From the human T2T-CHM13v2.0 reference genome, Homo sapiens: a stretch of DNA of 64,000 bases. The position numbers and the translations under genes were made by a program. The notes under the pieces were generated by a model. That model was not told the origin of the DNA, did no database searches, and saw nothing but the letters and a program-made list of their open reading frames with translations. Shown in pieces: positions 15,450 to 29,200 of this stretch. Numbering within the stretch: the first letter of the stretch is position 1; each line of letters begins with the position of its first letter. The stretch lies in assembly GCF_009914755.1 (NCBI RefSeq), contig NC_060928.1. One strand, written 5' to 3'.

Positions 15450-16326
15450 AACCAGATTATCTTGGAAGGATTGGTTCTTTCTGGAAGCTTTGAGGGAGTA
15501 ACTATAGCATACCTCATTCTTTCTGGGGGTTGTCAGCAAACCTTGGTCTTCCTTGACATCACTCCAGCCTCTCTCTCCATCTTCACATGGCCTTGTGTAT
15601 TTTTTGTGTGTATCTGAAACCTCTCCTCTTCTTATAAGGACACCAGTCATTGGATTGAGAACCTACTCTAAAAACAGAAGGATTTGGTTTCAAGGCCTTA
15701 ACTACTCGTAATAACATCTGCAGAAACCCGTTTTCCAAAAAAAGGTAATATTCTGAAGTTCAGAGTAGACACGAATTCTGGGGGGACAATTATTAATCCT
15801 TTTCCTGTTTAGAAAAATCAAGTACAGCTCACTGCCAGTGCTCAGTTAATTTTACATAAACATGCTCTTTGAGGCTGAAGCAAATCTGACTAATTTTCAA
15901 TGTGAAAAAGAATATAAACACTGTTCCTGGTCTTCGTCTAAACAGAACTAATATCAGAATCATCTGAATCATCAGAATTGTCTATTTTGGAAAAATTAAA
16001 TTCATCAAATGAATCTTTGGCCAACAACTGTTCAAGAATGATGCTAACATCACATGTAGGTGTAGGAATGCTACATTTTCTAGGATTTGACATTTTCAGC
16101 GATCGAGAAGTACTGTATTTTGTAAAAGGAAAACCACTACTAAAAACAGCATGCTATAAGTAGAATGATGTCATTTGTTTCCAAAGTTGACATATTAGAA
16201 TGACGCAAAAATAATAATAAAAGTGAAATAGTTCGTGGCAACATTGTCTCAGGGTAACTGCTGCAGCTGCAAGCACCAATGGCGAGTATCCTCGGGGCAA
16301 ATGGGAAAAGGGTTAAACACACTACA
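15450..16326 (-). mobile_element. MLT1 (C/E-like) LTR, split near its terminus by MER75
   Basis: 'tcttataaggacaccagtcattggattg...acatctgcagaaacccgttttccaaa...ggggggacaattattaa' resumes as 'acacactaca' after MER75. Confidence 0.8.
15797..16312 (-). mobile_element. MER75 non-autonomous piggyBac DNA transposon, full length
   Basis: TTAA TSDs at 15793-15796 and 16313-16316; TIRs 'tccttttcctgttt' and 'aaatgggaaaaggg'; 516 bp; interior matches my recollection of MER75. Confidence 0.93.
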
Positions 16327-16329
16327 CTT

Positions 16330-16660
16330 GTTCTATGAATTACTAAGAGGAGAGTATTAAATCTCTAACAATAATTGTGGGTTTTCCTACTTCTTTCAAA
16401 TCTGCAGGTTTTTGCCTCCTGTATTTTGAGTTTCTAAGTTCATATTTGATATGTCTTCTTGGAGAATTGACTCTTTTTTGTTATGTTACGGCCCCACTTT
16501 ATCCCTGATAATAATCTTTGTTCTGCCATCTGGTTTGTCTAAAATGATTATGTCTGTCTCAGATTTGTTTTCTTTGTGTTTCCATGGTAGAAATTACTTT
16601 ATCTTTTTACTTTTAACCCAACTATATATTTAAAGTATGTTTCTTGTAGACAAATAAGTA
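16330..16660 (-). mobile_element. L1M ORF2 endonuclease-region fragment
   Basis: 'gaggagagtattaaatctctaacaataattgtgg...tcttcttggagaattgactc' antisense L1M EN region. Confidence 0.7.
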
Positions 16661-16664
16661 TGTT

Positions 16665-17862
16665 TGTTTAAAAACCTGTATGTGAACATTTGTATTAGCT
16701 TGATTCATAATAGCCTCAAACTAGTAATCACCCAACTGTCTTTCAACTGCTCAACAGATAAACTGTTATCACCATGCAAGGAAATACTACTCAGCAATAC
16801 AAATAGAAACAACCAATACTCTCAATAATGCAGATATATCTTAGATTTTTTTGCTAGCTGAAAAATGACAGATCAAAAAGGCTATATACGCAAGATTCCA
16901 TTTATGTAACGTATTTTAAAAGACCCTAAGTACGGACAGAGAACAGATCAGTGGATTCCAGGTGCTCGGCTAGGGCTTAGACAACAAGAGGCAGCTGGAG
17001 GGAATTTGAGGAAATGATTCTGATACAGACAGGAGGCCGGGAAATACTGGGTCGAAGAGGGCGGTCCCCGGTAAGGGCCTCAAGCCTAGACCTGTCGCGC
17101 AAAGTGACAATATTCACCAAAGCCAGCCTGGCCTGCCCCACCCACCATCCTGTACCCATAAAAACCCGAGGCTCCACTGGCAGAAGAGAGGCAGAGAAGG
17201 AGAAAAGAGAAGCAGCAGCCAGACGTCGGTGAGAAGCTTGACTTCAGAGGGATGGCTTGACTATGGGACCTCACATTAGAGTTCAGCCGGGCATGGCTGA
17301 ATTCCAGGAGAAAACTACCCTCCCACTCCACCCCTTTTCCAGCTCCCATCCCGCTGAAAGACACTTTCATTGGCAATAAAATCCCCCGTGGTGTTCACTG
17401 TCTTGAATTCATTCGCGTGACCTGATTCTTCCTGGACTCTGAACAAGAGCTCAGGATGCAGAGGGCTGTCACATTGAGCTGTTAAACGCTTAAGCTGTCT
17501 GTGGACAGCAAAGCTAAAAGAGCACACTGTAACACATGCCCTCTGGGGCTCCAGTGGTCCCGGGTACCCCTCAGACCTTGCGGCAGGGCTGCACAGAGCT
17601 CTACTCCACCTGGAGCTCAGAAGCACTCATCCTGGCCCCTGCATCCGCTCACTTGAGTGCTCCCCTTCCCGCAAGCGGTTGAGAGCTGCAGGCTGAGTAA
17701 ATGAACCACCGCCATCAGACAACAGGGAAAATTTCCTGTTTCAATTCCGTACCAAGACTGTGATGGTGGAAAGATGACTTTATGTATTTGTAACTGCATC
17801 GAACCATAGACCACATGGGATGAATTTTGTTGCAAGTAAATTAAGAAATACATTTAAAAAAT
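16665..17862 (+). mobile_element. L1MD/ME-type 3' end, split by LTR1
   Basis: 'ggaaatactactcagcaatac...gattccatttatgtaac...gagaacagatcagtgg' L1M 3' UTR; resumes after 17747. Confidence 0.7.
17021..17743 (+). mobile_element. LTR1-family ERV1 solo LTR
   Basis: TG...CA termini ('tgatacagacaggagg' ... 'tttcctgtttca'), 4-bp TSD 'attc' on both sides, AATAAA at about 17375. Confidence 0.85.
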
Positions 17863-18221
17863 ATTTAAGAGGGAAGAATAGATCAGCCTTAATCACATAG
17901 GGGCAGTTAGAGAACTGGATATGTGCAACAGCGAAAATTGTTTGATTCACTTTCCTAGGAATTTTAACTTCAGAACCTCACTGGAAATCATCTATCGTGC
18001 TTTGTGTGCTATTTATGCTCAAGGAAACTCATATTATATTTTATCTAGGTTTCATAAACTTTTCATTTCCTCAATTTGTTCTATATTTTAAAATGGTAGA
18101 ATCTAGCACATAGCAGATTCTTATTACATATTTACTAAGGAAATAAAAGTTACCTGTAGATTGATTTTTTGGACTGACTCAGTATATACCACCTGAGTAT
18201 CACGCTAAAGATGGTCTTCCA

Positions 18222-18600
<379 letters not shown>

Positions 18601-18839
18601 TTAGTATCTGTTTAGGTGAGTTACGTAGTTATACTCACCGGACAGACAAGTTGAAACTTATTTTGATCAATCTTTCCAATAAAACAATCATTGTGTAGTT
18701 TAAAGTCAATAACTTTAGAAAGTGGCTTATTCTTACAAAGGCTTTTTTTTTTTTTTTTAAATGTAGTGGCTCATATAGCATGGACTTCATTTCTCCTCTC
18801 TCTTTGTATTATATTAACATGTGTACTCTTATGTGCAAC

Positions 18840-19239
18840 TGTTAAATCCAGTTTAGTGTAAAGCTGACTCCTTACATATTTTAAATTCAGCCTAAAATTT
18901 TCTCAGTACATAGAGAACTATAACCTCAATGGGATTGTAAGCAGACTATAACCTACTCGTGGGCCAATCATCAAGTTTTAGCCAATCAAAGGGAACCAAC
19001 TTTTCAAACCATGTTAAAATAAGGCAAACGCTGAGCTCTAATCAATCTTCTGCTTCTGTACCTCACTTCCATTTTATGTACATCATTTTCCTTTTTCTGT
19101 CCATAAATCTTCTTCCACCACATGGCTGCACTGGAGTCTCTGAGCCTATCATGGCTCAGGAGGCTGCCCAATTCATAAATTGTTCTTTGCTCAATTAAGC
19201 TCTGTTAAATTTAATTTGGCTAAAGCTTCTATTTTAACA
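18840..19239 (+). mobile_element. MER57 (A/B) ERV1 solo LTR
   Basis: 'tgttaaat...ttttaaca' termini, 4-bp TSD 'caac', tandem CCAAT boxes at about 18964 and 18982. Confidence 0.9.
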
Positions 19240-22200
19240 CAACTATTTCTCTGTATTGATTTATCTGTAATCATACATGTCATGAATGAACACATAATTT
19301 TATGAAACACTTTTTGTGCTGTATTATGCCATCTAGATTCTGATAGTTTATTTTCATCTGCACAAATAACCACATACTCTTTTACACATAGCTTCAACTC
19401 ATATCCTTGCCTCTCATGTTCCTTTATCTTGAATGAATTTCAGTTGGAGAAATGAAAGCTCTGAAATCTTTACTCTTTCATTTAATTTGACTTTTTAATA
19501 TTTAGAACTTAAGGATCTTTTCACTTTCTTTTGATTCACCTTTCACAATGAGTTGGCATTAGTTTTAGGATTTGAACAAACCAGTTGCTTTTTGAAATTT
19601 TTTGGTTAAACACTATTTGTAATGGCAATTGTTTTGATTAGATTCCTCTACTACGCGTGTACGGCACCATTAGAATATTACCTACATTTCGTATCAACAA
19701 GAAGAAAATGACCTCCATGTCAACCAGTAACTATTTTGATTACCCTTCCCTGCCTTGAGGAATTGATGTTTATGGAACTTTCTGGCATTCTTTTATAGCT
19801 ACCAAAGTTTTGTCTTTCATGGTGCAGTGCCTCTAAACCTAATTATACAATCAACTATCTGTTTTAAAATGTCTTATGTATATTAATAATGGCTATTTTT
19901 TCCCTTCCAACATTTTCTTTCCTTCTTGTTTTAATATTTATTAATCTTAAAATATTGAGGCTTTTTCTTATATATGTTTTGGCCCTAATCAATGTCCATT
20001 TAATTGACATTGAGTTTCATTTATATTTTCTTTTTCTGCTTGCTTATTGGATTCTTTCTCTTTTTTCCTTTCATTACCTTTCTCCAAGCTTCCTGCTTCT
20101 TTTCAGCTTTGCTTTTTCCTCTTCCTCTAGGCTTCTTTTTGAGATGCTAGTCCCCCTATGACTGTCTCCCTTCTTTTCGTCCATGAACCCTGACTTTACA
20201 ATCTGCCAATCAGCCATAGCCAGAGTGCTTGCTCTGAACCAGGTTTGGACACTATTGCTTATTTCACTGAAGAATGATCTTGCTGATTTTCATTAGACTT
20301 TTTTATACATTTCTTCCCACACTTTGTTTTCTCATTTTCTCATTTTTCACCAATTTGAACTATATCTTCCTTTGTCCCACTTCCATTTTTTTGTATATTC
20401 TTCTTATTTACACTAAGTTGCTTGTTTCTTTTGTGTCCAGATGCCTATAGTTCATCTTCTCCAAGAAAGATTCGAAGCAAGTTTTCCTTTCTATTTCGTG
20501 TTACGTCTTCCTTCTCTTGTCCTTTTGTTCTGTCATGCTTAGACTAGGCAGTGAGCTGGAGGGAAGGAACTGACTAGTTTGCATAACTAGAAGTATTCTG
20601 GATATTCTATAAAAAAATAAGCCAATGAAAAGTTGTAGGTTTTGACTAAAGGTGTGAATTGGAGAAGAAGAATGTGGACGATATACCAAATAAGGAAATG
20701 GTAAATTCAAGGAAAAGAAGAGACAGATGTCGAAAATGGTAGATAAGTTTTATTAACTAGAGTGAAGGTCATAGTAGCAGTATAATGAGGAGTTAGTGAA
20801 AGTCTAAAATAATTGCAATTCATGATCTGGAGTGTTAATTTGACACAAGTAGCAGTTGTGGATGAGTAATAGGAACACTTGCCCATATGAAATAGGTTCT
20901 GCTTTTCTGTACTTAACAGTGATTGTCATGAAGCCTAATCTGAAAAATAAAAAAATGGAAAGAAAAAGCAAAGTACATTGAAAATATCCTGTGGATGACT
21001 CATTAACACTATTGATTTCCTTCTACTAGCCACACCCTAATTAATTTCTCCACACAGTTTCAGCACTTATTCTCATGGTTGAATTGTCTTATCCATAACA
21101 GAGGACACAATTTGGCCATTTTAAAATTAAAATTGTATAATAAAATCCCTAATGCACTACTTCACCAATGTCATTCCTAATAACTTTTGTATTCCATTCA
21201 CTGGGCTATTTGGGAGAGTAATCCATCTTCTTATAATGGTTTCCATTCTGCATTTTTAACTGTTATACGCATGACAAGCTCTTTAGTAAAATGCACCATT
21301 GTCCTTCATATTTAAAGATTTTATTTCAAAAGCTAATATTATATTTGTATGTAAGACTGATAAAACTAACAGCTTTATGTTTTGAGAAATATTTTAAGGA
21401 AAGTTTAAAATTATAATAATATCTATCTATTATTTTTCATTCTTTGTGTGATATAAGCAGACTTAATTTTAATGTGGCTAAGATGGCAACAACATTTGCC
21501 TTTAATAATTATTTTGTGTTATCAATAGCTTTCTTATATACATTCTTAAATTCTATGAAAATTGTTTCGATTATGGACATTATTTACATCAAATGAAGTA
21601 TCATGTATCTAGACATGGAGGTATAAATAGTGAGATCAACTAATAAGGATGAAATCTCTTATTTAAACAAAAAAAGAGGCAGAATTTTAAAATAAAACTC
21701 CACTTAAAATACCAAAAATCTGTGTCACAGCTCTCATCTTTTGAAACATATTACTTCCAAATCAAAGGTGTCCTAAGCTATGGTGCTTTCTTCTCTGCTG
21801 TCTTTTCAAAGGTCAAAGTAAACTTAATATTTCACTTCAATACATACAGCATCCACACTCTTCAGCTGCATGTTTAGGCTTCCTCTATGTTCAACAAGAG
21901 GGGTGGCATCATAGGCAGAAGCTTGGTTGTTCCTCAGCTTACACCAACAGGACTTCTAAAATTCCATACTCAGGAGCGAGAGCCGCTGATGTTTCAAAGT
22001 AAGAACTGAACAGCTGGGAAAGAATAATGCACCTTGCCTGAACTCTGTTTTAAATTCCAGTCTAATATTTGGGTAATTTTTGTCCTTGCAAATAATTTGC
22101 TTTCTTGCTAACATTCATATTGTGTTGCTGGAATTAAATTGTTAATCTACAATAGTTAATTAGTTTTACTGTTAAGGAATTTTAGCCTTTATTTTTATGA

Positions 22201-22569
22201 TACAGTTATTCCCACAAAACAAAAATTTCTCTTGTTTATTGTAATTTTATATATTCCATAATAAGTTGCATATATTTGTAGAGAATACAATAGATATGCT
22301 ATATATAATATGTTTTACATATTGTATATACCATATGTAATGATGTATTATACATTATATATACAATAATTTTATGCTATAGACAAATATGTGTGTACAT
22401 TTACATATAAAGAGAATTACTAATTGTAAGCATAAAGTTATTACAAATTAATCAAGTTTTCCTAACCCAATGATAAAGTACTTTGAGAACAAACAAAAAA
22501 TCATAAATGTATGCCTTCACAAACATGCCACATTTCAAATAATTTTTATCTAGGATTATAGTTTAAGGG

Positions 22570-22760
22570 ATTGATAAACTTGGAGTCAAAATATACTGCT
22601 TTGTCTTCCAGCTCAAATCTTGTCCAGTTGTATGACCTTGGGAATATGACGGAACTGCACATATCTGGTTATTGACTTATATAATAGGCCTTTCTAGGAA
22701 AATCTTGTGAAGGTCAAACAAAGCTCTGATACGTGTATTTCAAAGGACATTTAACCATTG
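22570..22760 (+). mobile_element. MIR-family fragment
   Basis: 'ttggagtcaaaa...ccagctc...gtatgaccttggg' MIR 5'/core-like. Confidence 0.5.
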
Positions 22761-23734
22761 AACGAGTGTAAGGTGTTTTAATTTTTCTGGTTTGCACATC
22801 TTATATTTTAGACTACTTTCCATTTTCTATGTATACTCTAGACTCTCCCATAGGGGTTCCTTTATGGAAATTAGTGTAACCTAATACACAACCCTATATT
22901 TGAGTTTATAACTAAAGTGGAAAAAACTCCTAAAAGCCCCTAGACTCCTTCTAAAGATGTGAGATGATGGAACACAGATGTAACTCTCACTCTGAAGGTG
23001 CAGCCTGTGGGCAGTGTCCTGTTAGGCTTCTCATCTTGGGTGGGCCTCTGGCTGGGCTTTGACTTTTTGTACCTTTCAAACAGAAAGACATCAAAATCGG
23101 TGTAACTTTATTTTAATTAATGAATGCCTTTGGAGTTTTATTGCAGTTTACCTTCCTCAGTTCTGACTTAGTTGCTTTACTCAAGCTCTCGTTTCTTTTT
23201 CCCAACTTCTACCTTTGTTCTGCTCTTTCTCCTGTTTTTTCATAGTTTCATTCTTTCTTAATATTTATTAGGTGCATCTATGAGTTAATTCTCATGTCGA
23301 TGGTAAATTTTACTACAACTTTCACTGTGGCCAGTGTTTGGCATTTAAGTTATTTTATTTGCTTACATCCAGTTAACAATGTGGTTTTCTTAAGTCCTCT
23401 TTTGAATCTACATCATAAAGTCATGCTTTTCACTTCTTCTCTTCTCCGTTTGATCTTACTGGCACTTTCCTAATTCACACTGGCAATAATTCAAGAATGA
23501 AAAAGTTTTACCCACCTTTAGGCTTTCCCTACTTCAGCATACTCTCTGGTTTCGTGTTAAGTTTTTGTTTTTGTTTTTTTTTTTTAATAGAAAGCAGATC
23601 TGATTGTTTGATTCAAATATAGATAAACCCATAATACATAGAGTAAAAAAGAAACAATAACAAAAAAGAAGTATCTCATCCTGTAATCAAAGCCATCTAT
23701 CTCATACTGTGGTCATTTTCACATTTTTCTAACC

Positions 23735-23960
23735 CACCAGCCATAGGATCTGGGTTTGAATCTCACATGTATAATTCACTAGATGTATAAAGTTGTTAAA
23801 AATACTTGATCTCTCAATTCTGTCTCTGTAAAATGAGAATAATAACATAACCTACTTTACACAGTTGCATAAGAACTAAATTAATCAGTATTACTATATA
23901 TGAGGTGTTAAGAATGTTTAGCACTGAGCAAGTATTCAATTGATTATTTACTACTAACAA
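23735..23960 (+). mobile_element. MIR
   Basis: 'ctgggtttgaatc...tctctgtaaaatgagaataataac...acctac' core plus 3' end. Confidence 0.75.
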
Positions 23961-24019
23961 TAAAGTCAACATCATCATTGTTATTCTATCTTCCTATATG
24001 CTCCAGCTTAAAAAAAAAT

Positions 24020-24380
24020 AGATTATCTCCAGAACTTCACCTGAAACATCCTGTACTGTGACTCTGCCCATGGTATTGTTACTAGGTATCATTTTCATTA
24101 ATGTCTGCTTAACCCTGTTCTGGCCATTACTAAATGAGTACTTCCTTTCAGAAAAATTTCTCAATTTCTTGGATCAGAAATAATCTCTATCCCCTATGTT
24201 CTCATTTATAATGACAGTCATTCATTTGCTTTGTTTTGAAGTTATTATGTGTTTGTTTCTCTGAGTAGCATTTAAATTATTTCTTTGGAAAATATGTCAG
24301 ATTGATCTTTTTAGTTCCCAGTCTTTAGTAAAGTGCTTTGAGGGAAGTAGGTGCTCCAAAAATGCTTGCCAATTTAAATT
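24020..24380 (+). mobile_element. L2 3' fragment
   Basis: Ends 'agtaggtgctccaaaaatgcttg', like the L2 terminus. Confidence 0.5.
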
Positions 24381-24859
24381 TAAAAATATAAATAGGATAT
24401 AACAATTATAATCTTCAAACAAGGTTCAGACTTTCTAATTTACTATGTATTAATAGTATAAAATGGTACTATGTGTGTCTGCAACCTAAATAATCCTCCT
24501 GAAAGTAATGAGACTTTTTTCCTATATACAGTTACAGAATTTCAATTTGCTCTATCTTCCATTTTAGCTGATTATGAAACAAATTTGCATGTCAGATGCC
24601 AGTTTCATACTCCAATGACTCTCCCTTTAGATTGCCTTTTATATTTTATGCAACTTTCATTCATGTGAACACCACATTAATAGAATGTAGCACTAAAGTG
24701 TGGTAATAAGTTTTTGTTCAACATCCAAACTAGTGAGGAAATGATGAACTTATTTCATAACCAGCTAAAATGTAACCAAAAGTAGGTTTCCTAATTGAGC
24801 AACATTAGGGAAACTTATTGGAAAAAGAAACAGCATTTTCACAAAGAAGTGTTAGTATG

Positions 24860-25275
24860 ACCACATCTATGGGCAATTCCCTGTCCTTACATATTTAAGT
24901 GGGCTCATACAATTAATTTTTGCCAATGAAAAACATTAATTAACATCTTTGCTATTTTTGATCACAGAAATAAGCTGCAAATATGTATTTTTGAATTTAT
25001 TTTGTCTAAACAGTTATGAAATAGTAAGTTAGATTATGCAAGCAGCCTGAATTAGAGAGCATCATGTCATACAGGAGAATAACTCAGCCTTCATCTATTA
25101 TCATCTATCAATCAATCAATCTATTTAATCACCTTTCATCTATTCATATCATTATATATAACTCAAATTATTAAACTATGAAATATGTACATGCAGAGAA
25201 ATAATTTTATTGTGTTAAACACTACAATTTCAGGGTTTATTCATCACTGCCTCAGCCCAGTCTATAACTAATAAT
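24860..25275 (+). mobile_element. MLT1 LTR relic with internal (TCTA/TCAA)n
   Basis: 3' end 'ttattgtgttaaacactacaatttcagggttta...actaata' resembles the MLT1 terminus. Confidence 0.45.
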
Positions 25276-26429
25276 ACTTACTAAATAAAGAACAAAATCA
25301 TTTAGTTAATAGGCATTTATTTTCACAAACAAACAACATTGCAAATAAATTCTTCCCTTTGTTAGAGTCATTTTTACTTGGTTGGTTAATAAAATTTATT
25401 TTTAAAATAATTTATCAATTTTATTTGTATTTAAGTCCTTTTCTTTATGTTGGATTTCATTTCATTTAGTGAAACCACCCTTCCCCATGTGGGTCACACA
25501 GGGCTAGGTCTATAGTATAAAACTAAAGGAATTTCTAAGAGAGGAAATACCCGATAGAATTTGCTAAACTTGTTTTTGGAGCATCTCCTCGGGTTAGGGA
25601 TTTTATTTTCCAAAATAAAGTTCATTTTAAAAAATAGATCAATAACTTCTAAAACAATAGATTCTTAGTTAACCCTGATGCCAGCTCAAATCTTTTTCCA
25701 CCAGCATTTCACCTGACATTGCTTTGCATCTACCAGGAGGTAGAAATCAGCACCTTACCTCTTTGAGTTCAATTTACCTTAAAATTGTTCTGAAATAAAG
25801 AGCATAGTAAGCAATATGTACTTTACTAAAAACTTGATAAGACTGAAGAAGAGAATGTTTATTTCAGATGTCACCTTGTAAAACTTTTCTTTCCTTATGA
25901 ATCTTCTTCATCCATGCTATAATGGATGTACTAAAATTAGTACATCCTCACTTTTTCTCACACAGCCTTTGGGTCTTTAAACTTTTCTTACTTTTTTGCT
26001 CGGTCCAAAATGAATAAACACATCCCTTATCTTGTGCAGAGAAGCTCAACAAATTTCTCTGAAACCTGGATTCCAATGGTACATGCTGAGTCTGTACCAA
26101 ATACTCAACAAATTGCTTCTCTTCCTAAATAGCTGTGGTTTCTTCTCTCAGGAATGTTGCTGAACAGGAGGTTCACAGTCTCCTTTCACTTAGATGGCCT
26201 GAACTTAGACTAGTTTATCGTACCCTTTCATGTCCCTAAAATGTCAGTGTAACTGTTGCCTCCTCTTTTGAGATTTCTTTGAACCCTTATATCGTCCTCA
26301 GTCATATTAAGTTTCAGTGTGCATCCCGCTAGGTAGTACTTATCCCACAGAGTAGCAAAAATTATTCCACTCCATTGGAAACTGTAGGACACTGAGTCAT
26401 GTCAAGGAGTTTTTCATCCTACCAGATCA

Positions 26430-29200
26430 TAGAAAATGAAAGACAGAAAAACAAAAACCTAAAAAGCAGCTATAGTCAAATAAGATGAAAATCAAGCATT
26501 GAGTATTGAATTTAGCAACATGGAAGGCATTCGTGATCTGAAAATCAGTAGTTTGGGTGGTGATGCGGGGGTAAAATTCTCAATGAATTTGATTTTATAA
26601 AGAATGAGAGACGAGAAGAGAAATGTCTATCATCATTAAAACCTTTTAGGAGTTTCCTTGCAAATTGAAATTAAAAATGAGTCATTTCATGACAGGAATA
26701 GTGGCATTCACTAAGGGCTATTTTTTTTTTATTTTAAAAGACAGGATCTCACTCTGTTGCCCAGGCTGGAGTGCAGTGGCATGATCATAGTGCACTGTAG
26801 ACTCTACTTCCTTGGCTCAAATGATCCTCCCACCTCAGTCTCCTGAGCAACTTGGACTACAGGCATGTGCTACCATGCCTGAGTAATTTTTTAGAACATG
26901 TTTTGTAGTGATTGGGTTCTCCATATGTGGCCCAGGCTGGTCTCAAACTCCTGGCCTCAAGTGATCCTCGGCCTCCCAAAGTGATGAAATTATAGGCATA
27001 AGCCACCATGTCTAGCCCTAAGGCTATTTTAATATTTCATATAGTAAAAACAAAATGGATGACAAAGAAGAAAGAGTGGAAATTTGCTGGAGGAATGTCC
27101 TTGAGTAGACAGTAGTGCAAGAGCAGAATTGGCTTGAGTTAAAAGCATGCACAGCTTATTCATTCAAGATAACAGGACAGATGGGCATGTGGTTTTAGAG
27201 AATGGAAATCTGAACTAGACTAGACAGTTCTAGTTCTCTCTCTTTTTTTTTCTTATTGTGTTTAGTGAAACAAAAACAACCGAAAATGTGGGCGTAAGAC
27301 ATCTAGGGGAGTAAGACACTGTAATTTCTGGGTAACATCACAAATTCACTTGAGTATGCCAATCGAGTGGGTAGTGAAATTAGTCAGTGTGGTTGTTTTC
27401 CTCCTGCCACACTCAGATGTAAGAGTGCAGGCATGACATAGCTGAAGAGCTGATTTAACTAAAGCTGTGGCCCTCTCAAGAAAGTACAGCAAAGCGAGAG
27501 AAGACATCATTGGCCTGAAGAAAGTGAGAGGTGGTAGTAATAATGCACTGTAAGCCCAGTATATTCAAAAGATGTTTGAGTTGAGATACTTCAGTGATGT
27601 AAATACTTAGATGGATTTTGGGAAGTGAGTAGCGTGCACATAAATTGGTGTTATAGAGAGACTTATGCAAATGCCATTATTAGCTATTTGTAATCTCTTT
27701 ATATAGGGCAAGCATTGTTAAACATTTTGATTTAGTGGTATTCATTCTGTTTCAGTAATTTTCTTCACAGCATTTCAATCCTCCTCCTCCCCAAAAAAGA
27801 CAAAACAAATTCTAAAAATCTCTAAGAGTTCCCTTTAGTAAGTAGTTATGTCCCAATAAGAAATATTTATGCTCTAATAACTTAGTTGCCTTTTGAAAAA
27901 ATAAAACATATACATTAATAATACACATACATTGTTTCATTCTTGACTAATCACAGTTGGTGACTAATGCAGTGTGGGTGCCTGTAGGGCACTGCAGAGC
28001 TCCTTAGGTTTTGGAATCATATTTGACACTGATATCTCATTGCCTATCCCACATTAATTTCAAACAGCACTCAATTTATGTCACAGAAATCACTGAAGAC
28101 CCAGCTTTGCAGAGATAAGACATGACCAACAGGAACGCAGTGTGAGCTAATGTTGAGACAGTAAACTATCTGGAGCGAGTAGTCAGCTCTGTGTCTGACA
28201 GATTGGAGTTTGCTGAGATTCTGCAGGGTGTGTGAGTGTAGGGATTATAGGTATAAGATATGACCATGTGAATAAATGGCTATGGTGAAATGGAGGTCAA
28301 GCTCACTGGAAAGAGAAGAGAGCAAGAAACTGTGCAGCCAGGGTGTGCGGAAGATTACTTAAATGTATTTTAAAATCACTAAGATAAGGCAGAAATAGAG
28401 TCTAAGAGTATAACATTGCGCTAGAAAATAAAACCACAAGAAATAAGGAAAGTAACTTAATTACAACGACAACTAAGTGTAGTGGGGGATGTAGTATGAT
28501 GACACAGGAATAGAAGTGGGGAAATTTTAGAGAAAAGCACAGGGAGAAAGGACAAATAGTGGAAATGGGGAACAAATAAAATTTATATTTCTCATTCCAA
28601 GCCCAAATGTATGAAGTTTATAGGAAAACAAACGAAAATGAGCCATCACTTGAGTGGGCTGTAGGAAAAGTGGTGTCTTCAGAGGAAGGCCAATTTCCCA
28701 ATAGAGCAAAATGTTGAGAGCAGTATTCACAGAAGACATTGAGATTTGGAAGACTTTGCATTCTAAGAGAACGTTGAGAGGGCTTAAGCACTTTTGAAAG
28801 AGGAGAGGAAGGGGACAGACAGGAATGTGCAGAGCTGATAAGGATTAGAATCTGGGAGGTATGGCTGACTTGATTCTAGAAATGTGTATTGTAACTGACA
28901 TGAACAGGAATTAATGTTCTTGGTAGATTCAAGGCAGACAGTTATTGTACAGCTGTAGGTGAAAGGAGAGATAGAAGGGTGAGTATCTGTGTCTCTCTTG
29001 ACTCTCGTGTATAAAAACAAGTAGGTTCTTATTTCAGTTATACTGATTGCCCTGATGATGAAGGTAAATGGCTCAGTGGAGACAAACATTTACAACCAGA
29101 ATGAGAGTTGATTCATCTTCTCTGTTGAAAGACAGGTTAGCTTCCACTGAGTTCATGGGCTTCCTTCTTGATGACTGTTGATAGGATTGAGCACATCTGG
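26430..29200 (-). mobile_element. Fragmented L2 (ORF2 region, antisense)
   Basis: 'ttgaatttagcaacatggaagg...', 'gtaggaaaagtggtgtcttcagaggaagg' and the purine-rich character of antisense L2; boundaries approximate and probably discontinuous. Confidence 0.55.
26721..27017 (-). mobile_element. AluJ
   Basis: 'acaggatctcactctgttgcccagg...gatcatag...ggctcaaatgatcctccc' J diagnostics; TSD 'ctaag(g)gctatttt'. Confidence 0.95.

Noticed and set aside
16330-17020. Twin-priming inversion between adjacent - and + strand L1M pieces
   Set aside because: The pieces come from distant parts of L1 and no shared TSD is visible; independent fragments explain it equally well
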